Below the pieces are notes generated by a model that was not told the origin of the DNA, made no database searches, and saw only the letters and a list, made by a program, of their open reading frames with translations. DNA of 64,000 nt. Origin: a virus. Positions 58,430 to 64,000 of this stretch are shown here, in pieces. Made by a program: the position numbers and the translations under genes. The stretch lies in the IMG/VR virus record IMGVR_UViG_3300025133_000052, positions 29,285 through 93,284 of that record. One strand, given 5' to 3'. The first letter of the stretch is position 1. Each line of letters starts with the position of its first letter.

Positions 58430-58662
58430 CAATAAAAAGGGCAATTATAAAAACAATATAAGGCTGGAGCTATCCTCCGAGCATTTAACCCTTACCGGGC
58501 ACCTTACATTGTTATAATATGTGTTGGTCAATTTGTGGGGTGCTACCAACTCACCCCAAACGATGCATCCGCTGATAATCTCCAACAACGACCAATTGTT
58601 GGTGGTATTAAATAAGGTTCCCGGCTCCAACAGTACATCATCCAACTTAGGAACAACCTTAT
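58430..58662 (-). ncRNA. Candidate structured RNA
   Basis: GC-richer intergenic stretch with four helical units, including a three-way junction. Confidence 0.4.
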
Positions 58663-58669
58663 ATATGTT

Positions 58670-58795
58670 TTATCTTTTCATATCTCTGTAAGCTTCAATC
58701 GCTTCGTCAAGATAATGATGATCAGGATTGTACGGTTCGTTTGCCCAGTTGTGTCCTAATCTTTTCAGTAAGTCGTAAGCTTCTTTATTTGTCAT
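58670..58795 (-). CDS. Small hypothetical protein (41 aa, MTNKEAYDLL...)
   Basis: Translated by hand. Confidence 0.5.
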   Translation of the reverse strand: MTNKEAYDLLKRLGHNWANEPYNPDHHYLDEAIEAYRDMKR

Positions 58796-58799
58796 TACT

Positions 58800-59021
58800 C
58801 TACGATGCTTTGTTAATCAATACAGCTTTATCAGAAGCCCCACACATCCAAACCTCCTTGCCCCTTTTAGTTGATCCCCAATCTGGATGCACTGCATTTA
58901 AAATCTTGAGATAAGCTGCTTGAGCTCCTTCCCAATAAGTCTTACCAGATAGGTCACCTGGGTAAGTTGTTGATTCATATTTAGCTTCGGCAAATAATTG
59001 GATTAAATTTTCAATATTCAT
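58800..59021 (-). CDS. Hypothetical early protein
   Basis: ORF directly downstream of a promoter. Confidence 0.6.
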   Translation of the reverse strand: MNIENLIQLFAEAKYESTTYPGDLSGKTYWEGAQAAYLKILNAVHPDWGSTKRGKEVWMCGASDKAVLINKAS

Positions 59022-59301
59022 AATTTTTGTTGTTTGTTGTTTTATTATCTCTTTCCTTATATAATAAAGATACGAAGAATAATGCAGACTTCCAACTGTT
59101 CCTTAATAAAAAGTAAATTAATTTGAAATAAGTTTGGAGAAACAGTGTTTACCAATTTTATTTTTATAATTATATAGTATATAATATATTATTGATATAT
59201 GTTTTAAAAATATAGTTAATAAGTATTTTAAACAATTAAACTCTTCGAACGTTAGTGAGAAGATAAGTTACGCTAAAAACACACAATAAGTTACATTCAA
59301 T

Positions 59302-59346
59302 AAGAGCTCATGATATTCTGTAAAAACAATATTATGGGCTCTTTTT
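59302..59346 (+). terminator. Plus-strand hairpin with U tract
   Basis: AAGAGCTCATGATATT/AATATTATGGGCTCTT, 16 bp with two G-U pairs on the plus strand, followed by TTT. Confidence 0.5.
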
Positions 59347-60007
59347 ACATTCCAGCCTTTTAAAGTAGTTCTATTGTAAGGAGTTAGCTAAGACTATTCT
59401 TTTTTATACACATTCACCTAAGCATTTTAAAACCTTGTCACTGTAACCATGGGCCTATATAAAACCATTGATCATTAACGCTATTCGGTGTTGAGGTAAT
59501 TCGAGGAACATGGAATATCACGGGCATTCTTCAGATTATATATAGGAGAGTGTTAAATATAATAACTTCTATATATGTAACCCATCATCGTTAAAAGAGT
59601 AACGAATACATTGAATAGCTAAAGATACGAACATTAATTCACAATTCCAACTAATCCCTGATGTATTTAGCTTTAAAAAGACCCTCTCTCCCTAATTCCT
59701 TTTACTAGTCCTTATAAGGTATTCTATTGTAAGGGGATACGTACGGAGAGCGTATGATAACATGGTTTGCTTAAAGGTATTAGTGTGGTCTATAGAAGAA
59801 AAAGTTGGTATATTGCGCGGGCCTGTATGATCTCCCGTCCATCCCCATCACACACTCCCCCTCTTTTCACTGAACTGACTATATAAATAAATGGTTTTTC
59901 TGTACATCTCGTTAAACTTGGGGTATTTCCGTACAAACACTCCCTCCCTCCCTCTTACCACTCTATTCTGTAAAAAAGAACTTGAATCGAAAGGTATTCA
60001 CTTACTT

Positions 60008-60277
60008 TTACATCTCGTACCACCTGTTAACGTACTCTTTAACGTCATTCTGTAATCCAGGTAAAGCTTTATACTTACCTACTCGTAACACTTTCTTTAC
60101 TGCCCGAAAGATAAATTCTTCTAGTTCACTCTTACTGCGGAATCTAACAATTGCATTCTCCTGCTTTGCCTTTACGTACGACACTGGATGTGTGTAATAT
60201 TCTTTAGTTTGTCTTAGTTCGCCCATTGTGCGGTTCTTGATTTCTTTTTCCATCTTTTCTTCTTTTTTAATTTTCAT
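60008..60277 (-). CDS. Hypothetical protein
   Basis: ORF track. Confidence 0.55.
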   Translation of the reverse strand: MKIKKEEKMEKEIKNRTMGELRQTKEYYTHPVSYVKAKQENAIVRFRSKSELEEFIFRAVKKVLRVGKYKALPGLQNDVKEYVNRWYEM

Positions 60278-60872
60278 TTCTCTTTATAAGTTCTGCCGCG
60301 CGTCTTCTAAATCTCTGTACCCTGTAATCAAATGTACTTCTCTTTACGCCCAGTTCCTTTGCGACTGTGATTGCTGGTCGTTCCTTTACAAATACTTCTT
60401 CGTAAATAATTTTATCTTCTTCAGTCAATTTACTTACCATATCGTTAATTGACTTTCTTTGTCTTTTCCTTTTCAAGTACACTTCCGTACTGTCAGATTG
60501 TGCACCGTGATATATATTAGGAATCGCATCCAGTGACGATATCCCTTTCTTTTTTTCCCGCATTTTCTCCTTGTAACAGTCAATGAAAAAGTTATCCATG
60601 GAGCGTGTTATCCAAGTCCCTAACTGAGCCCTTTCAGGATCGTACTGATGAAGCTTACCTGACATTTTCCCCAAGAACCTCAACGACATATCCTCTATTT
60701 CATCCACGCTGTAAAAACTGTCGTACTTCTTTTTTAAGTTACTAAAGAATATAGGTTTGTACTTGTAAAATAAAGGTGTGAACGCTTCCTTGTCTCCGTC
60801 AAGTACTTTCTTTACCAGTGCGTTTTCTTCATCGGTAGTCATGTGGTAATATTTCCTGTTAACCCCTCTCAC
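60267..60872 (-). CDS. ECF/sigma70-like RNA polymerase sigma factor
   Basis: LVKKVLDGDKEAF, YDPER..LGTWI (region 2), VAKELGVKRST HTH (region 4). Confidence 0.82.
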   Translation of the reverse strand: MRGVNRKYYHMTTDEENALVKKVLDGDKEAFTPLFYKYKPIFFSNLKKKYDSFYSVDEIEDMSLRFLGKMSGKLHQYDPERAQLGTWITRSMDNFFIDCYKEKMREKKKGISSLDAIPNIYHGAQSDSTEVYLKRKRQRKSINDMVSKLTEEDKIIYEEVFVKERPAITVAKELGVKRSTFDYRVQRFRRRAAELIKRNEN

Positions 60873-61099
60873 TCATCCCAATCTATTCTATCTCCCAGTG
60901 CTTGTGACGAAGCAAGTACGTACGTGTGTTTTATTAACGCTTTTGTTTTGTCATCTAATTCCCGTTCCTCCTCATTCTCTTGCCACCAAATATGTAAGTC
61001 GGCTCTTTCAAGAATATCCTCTCTAGTTGATTTAGGTAACCACGCTAGTATCACGTCATATTGCTCTTCATTTTCTTTATTACTGTCTGCCGTCCACAT
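60869..61099 (-). CDS. Hypothetical protein
   Basis: ORF track. Confidence 0.5.
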   Translation of the reverse strand: MWTADSNKENEEQYDVILAWLPKSTREDILERADLHIWWQENEEERELDDKTKALIKHTYVLASSQALGDRIDWDE

Positions 61100-61100
61100 A

Positions 61101-61349
61101 TTATTTATATTGTTTCCATAAGGTATTTGCCCGTTTCATATCCGACTGTGTAAGTGGATGTGGATATTCATTTTGTACTGTTCTCACCAACCACTCTTCT
61201 ATCTGATCTTCATCCCCTTGAAAGCAGGCTGCTGAAGGATTGTTTACCACCCAACTCCTAAACCTAGTTTGCAGTTCGTACATTTTTGTCGCGTGCGTCA
61301 TTTGTGTTGCAAGGTGTTTGAGTTGTGGGAGACTGCCTATTTTTTTCAT
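61101..61349 (-). CDS. Hypothetical protein
   Basis: ORF track; C-terminus (..ANTLWKQYK) resembles that of the next ORF (..ADNIWLYFK). Confidence 0.5.
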   Translation of the reverse strand: MKKIGSLPQLKHLATQMTHATKMYELQTRFRSWVVNNPSAACFQGDEDQIEEWLVRTVQNEYPHPLTQSDMKRANTLWKQYK

Positions 61350-61408
61350 CCGTTTGCTGTTGTGTGTGACAAGACATATGTTGGGTGATCCGACTGCGGT
61401 TGGTCACA

Positions 61409-61741
61409 CTATGTTTGTTTTGTCTGCTGTTTAATCTTTTTAAAATATAACCATATATTATCTGCTTCTAATATATTTTCTTTTGTCATCAATATACTTT
61501 TACTTAGCATCACGTACCATTTATTGATTCTGATGCGCGCGTCGCTGTAAATAAGTCTTTCATGAATATCCCGTACCTTAACAAAACCGCTACCTTGATG
61601 TACAGTCGTTTTATTAAACCATTTTTCTGGTATTGTCATATTATTTAATTTGATATAATTCATCTTTAGTTGTAACATGGTTAGTGAAGTGTTCATCAAA
61701 GAATGAGCATTTAATCGAATTAGTGTCTTCAATAAAACCAT
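61409..61741 (-). CDS. Hypothetical protein (likely start MTIPEK)
   Basis: ORF track. Confidence 0.5.
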   Translation of the reverse strand: MVLLKTLIRLNAHSLMNTSLTMLQLKMNYIKLNNMTIPEKWFNKTTVHQGSGFVKVRDIHERLIYSDARIRINKWYVMLSKSILMTKENILEADNIWLYFKKIKQQTKQT

Positions 61742-61868
61742 CTATCCTTACTTTAACCAACTCATTATCTTTGTCAATAGGATACCCATCATGTAGCATT
61801 ATATCTCCAATGTTTATTTTAAGGATGTTTTGATTCTTATACAAATCCCGCTCTTGTGGACTATTCAC
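61641..61868 (-). CDS. Hypothetical protein
   Basis: ORF track. Confidence 0.5.
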   Translation of the reverse strand: MNSPQERDLYKNQNILKINIGDIMLHDGYPIDKDNELVKVRIDGFIEDTNSIKCSFFDEHFTNHVTTKDELYQIK

Positions 61869-62163
61869 TAATCACCTTATTAATAGGTCTCAATACAACA
61901 CTGTATCCAACACCACCATCACCAAATGCATTCCACATACTGAATCCTTCTATTACCTCAACGGTAAGCCCGTACGGCGCTACTGTTTTAATGTGCTCGG
62001 CCATTTTGAGGGCTCTGCAGAGCTCTGAAGTCGCCATATATACTTTAGTCCTGTAACCTGTTTTTTTTCTAGGTTCACTAAATACTCGTATATAGGAAAG
62101 CCCTTTTCGGCGGACTGTTTTCATGACCTCTCTGATTAATTTAAAATATTCTTTTTTTTCCAT
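61861..62163 (-). CDS. Hypothetical protein
   Basis: ORF track. Confidence 0.55.
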   Translation of the reverse strand: MEKKEYFKLIREVMKTVRRKGLSYIRVFSEPRKKTGYRTKVYMATSELCRALKMAEHIKTVAPYGLTVEVIEGFSMWNAFGDGGVGYSVVLRPINKVISE

Positions 62164-62409
62164 TTTATTATTATTTTTTAATTGTTAATTTTTATTTATC
62201 TTGTTGACCTTTCCATGAATTAACTAATCCTGCTACTTGGGGTAATACATCAATATCATGTCGATCTATTAACTCACATACATTAATACCGGTTGCACTA
62301 TCTGATCCCAACCTATCCATTTCCTGTACTATTGCTTCTAAAACTGTCATATCTTTATCTTTCTTCTTATATAATAAAGATACGAATTAATTACCAGACT
62401 TCCAACTAA

Positions 62410-62631
62410 TTAACTAGTTGAATTTTTATTTTCTTCGAGCTCGATTAATTTATTTAGATAGGTCTTCGCTTTTTGCAAATCTTGTAACCCGTTTTTATCT
62501 CTCCATCTTGTAACGTACTTTACTATATTTCCTTCGAAGAAATTTAAATCGTGTTCGTAAGCGTAATCCCACATTTCAATTTTGCCCCTGTTGTAGTGAT
62601 TGGGGTGCTCAACTTGTTCCTTATTACTCAA
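62410..62631 (-). CDS. DUF3310-family protein (T7 gp1.7-like)
   Basis: VEHPNHY..G.IE, GNIVKYVTR, KNGLQDLQKA. Confidence 0.85.
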   Translation of the reverse strand: MSNKEQVEHPNHYNRGKIEMWDYAYEHDLNFFEGNIVKYVTRWRDKNGLQDLQKAKTYLNKLIELEENKNSTS

Positions 62632-62635
62632 CTTT

Positions 62636-63004
62636 TTATTTTTTAAATACTTCTATTTCCTTTGTCTCTTTAACCATATCTCCAAACGTACCAATATATT
62701 GAGTTGCTTTAACAGGGCGATTATCTACCCAATGATATGTTTGACCATTTTTGATGCGCGGTTTATTAAATAATATTCCATGGTACTTAAATCCGTTATC
62801 TTTCATCCACTTTTCAGTAGCTTTTCTGTGCTCTTCTAAGCGCGCTGTAAAAAAGTAAACCGTGTCCCCGTTGTCGTACCATTTATTAACTTGAATTAGT
62901 GCATCTGGATAAACCCCAGCTGTTTCAAATAATTCAGGTGTTTCATTAGGTATGTCCTCGCAAACAGTACCGTCAATATCTATTAACCAAATCTTTTTAC
63001 TCAT
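62636..63004 (-). CDS. HAD-superfamily phosphatase-like protein
   Basis: DIDGT, FTAR, KP, VDN motifs. Confidence 0.8.
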   Translation of the reverse strand: MSKKIWLIDIDGTVCEDIPNETPELFETAGVYPDALIQVNKWYDNGDTVYFFTARLEEHRKATEKWMKDNGFKYHGILFNKPRIKNGQTYHWVDNRPVKATQYIGTFGDMVKETKEIEVFKK

Positions 63005-63329
63005 TTTTATTTTTATTTAACCACTTAACTATATTTGAACATTTATCATAATGTTCTTCTCTTTCAAAATAGGATAACATTGTATTTGTAATATAGTTCC
63101 CATTTAATATTTCATCTGTTTTAATGTTATATCTTTTTAGCACTTTGCCTCTAGAGGTAAAATCATATAACTTAACTTTTTCTTTATTATTTTCAACAGC
63201 ATATTTAACCCTGTCATAAACATTACACAGGAATTTATGTCTGTGGTTTGATAACCAATTAACGGTGCTGCTATAATCCTCTTGTCTTAATATAAAATGT
63301 CCTAGATCTTTATTTATACCTTCTTTCAT
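62997..63329 (-). CDS. Hypothetical protein
   Basis: ORF track; YFEREEHYDKC C-terminal motif. Confidence 0.55.
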   Translation of the reverse strand: MKEGINKDLGHFILRQEDYSSTVNWLSNHRHKFLCNVYDRVKYAVENNKEKVKLYDFTSRGKVLKRYNIKTDEILNGNYITNTMLSYFEREEHYDKCSNIVKWLNKNKNE

Positions 63330-63727
63330 TTTCTGATTCTTGAAGTAGCCACATCATCCGTTCATGTAGATAATCATACATCTCTTCCCTGCTGATTACT
63401 CCATGGATGTACAATTGATAGGCCTCATTTCTACCAACCTTTGCTATGTCAATAATTGTTGTAATATCTCTCTTTGTCATTTTTTCATAATTTAACTACC
63501 TCCATACGTTTTATATAATTCAATTTCTTCTTCAAATTCAACAATACATTCTTGTATGGCTATATCTAGGTGGAATTCAATAGGTTCATTCATATTAATC
63601 TCATTTGTTTTAAAGACTCGAGAGCAGCTTCTTTTAATTTAATCATTTCTTAATTTTCTTTATGGATTGAGATGTGAGTGGATATGTCTTTTAACTTAAT
63701 CATTTAAGTTTCTTTAATAGTGACAGT

Positions 63728-64000
63728 CTACCTCCTTCCCTTTTGAATTCCAACTTTTGGACTGAGACTCCTATTTGACGTAGGCTTGGAAAATGTTCTC
63801 GTGCCTCTGTTGTGTGTTTGTTTTGTTGACCTAACCGATGGTTTAGTTGTTGTTGTTTTTGCAGGACCCCCTCTACTTACGTTATACTTGTGATAATTTC
63901 TTTTTGGCTCAACACGTTTGGTAGTTACCTTATTATTTGTAACAGTCTTCTGTGCCACACCGCTCCTTGTCTTTGACACCATAACCTTATTTGGTTTGCT
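63728..64000 (-). CDS. C-terminal part of a basic low-complexity protein entering from beyond the window
   Basis: Frame is open to position 64000. Confidence 0.5.
   Translation of the reverse strand, partial: SKPNKVMVSKTRSGVAQKTVTNNKVTTKRVEPKRNYHKYNVSRGGPAKTTTTKPSVRSTKQTHNRGTRTFSKPTSNRSLSPKVGIQKGRR

Larger units (their letters stand above)
56991..62407 (-). promoter_or_regulatory. Repeated early promoters AGTTGG-N-TTCGTATCTTTA(TTATATAAG)
   Basis: Copies at 56991-57033, 57351-57393, 58381-58423, 59055-59097, 59620-59652 and 62365-62407, each with 20 nt between TTG and TATCTTTA. Confidence 0.85.

Noticed and set aside
58440-58515. Known ribozyme or SAM riboswitch match
   Set aside because: I could not find complete hammerhead, twister, HDV or SAM-II/V cores by eye.
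58445-58645. 66-aa minus-strand ORF
   Set aside because: It has a non-ATG start and coincides with dense RNA helices; a structured RNA is more likely, though coding is not excluded.
59830-59955. G-quadruplex on the minus strand
   Set aside because: Each cluster has only three closely spaced G3+ tracts, which is not a canonical motif.
1728-62056. Most plus-strand ORFs in the track (e.g. 1728..2066, 33094..33507, 50010..50384)
   Set aside because: They are antisense shadows of longer minus-strand genes and have no recognisable motifs.
56991-62407. CRISPR or insertion-sequence interpretation of the ~40-nt intergenic repeats
   Set aside because: They have two conserved boxes with a variable fixed-length spacer and mostly precede start codons, which fits promoters.
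1-64000. Stop-codon reassignment
   Set aside because: Long genes are intact under the standard code, and TAA, TAG and TGA all end genes with tight packing.
1-64000. Diversity-generating retroelement, retron, intron or integrase-driven cassette system
   Set aside because: No reverse transcriptase, recombinase, homing endonuclease or template/variable repeat pair is visible in this window.

Overview
This is a 64 kb, AT-rich, almost entirely minus-strand segment of a large lytic myovirus-like (T4-superfamily/jumbo-type) phage genome. The host is probably a member of the Bacteroidota, inferred from a tmRNA tag reading GETTLAMAA and from TTG-N20-TAnnTTT promoters. From left to right it holds: a nucleotidyltransferase/ligase-like polyprotein; fibre and receptor-binding genes; a fused Mre11-Rad50, a primase and endonuclease I; a baseplate module; a gp55-like late sigma factor; an HD hydrolase and lysis-type genes; a translation quality-control cluster (YqeY, tmRNA, Met aminopeptidase); a ~10 kb block of putative head-packaged cargo genes (44.7-55.1 kb); two non-coding islands; and an early region with repeated host-type promoters, a DUF932 protein, an AAA ATPase and an ECF-like sigma factor. 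The most striking signal is the cargo block. Its proteins carry short interchangeable N-terminal leaders ending in (I/L/V)xE. The two largest are strings of small, unrelated, Glu-depleted basic modules joined by an ESVNE-type linker, which is encoded by a recurring 15-nt DNA repeat (GAATCAGTTAATGAA). Exact 41-nt and 49-nt duplications point to module and leader shuffling. I infer a protease-processed, shufflable 'virion cargo polyprotein' system whose payloads include an ADP-ribosyltransferase. No database searches were run, so family calls rest on motif recognition and novelty is untested.
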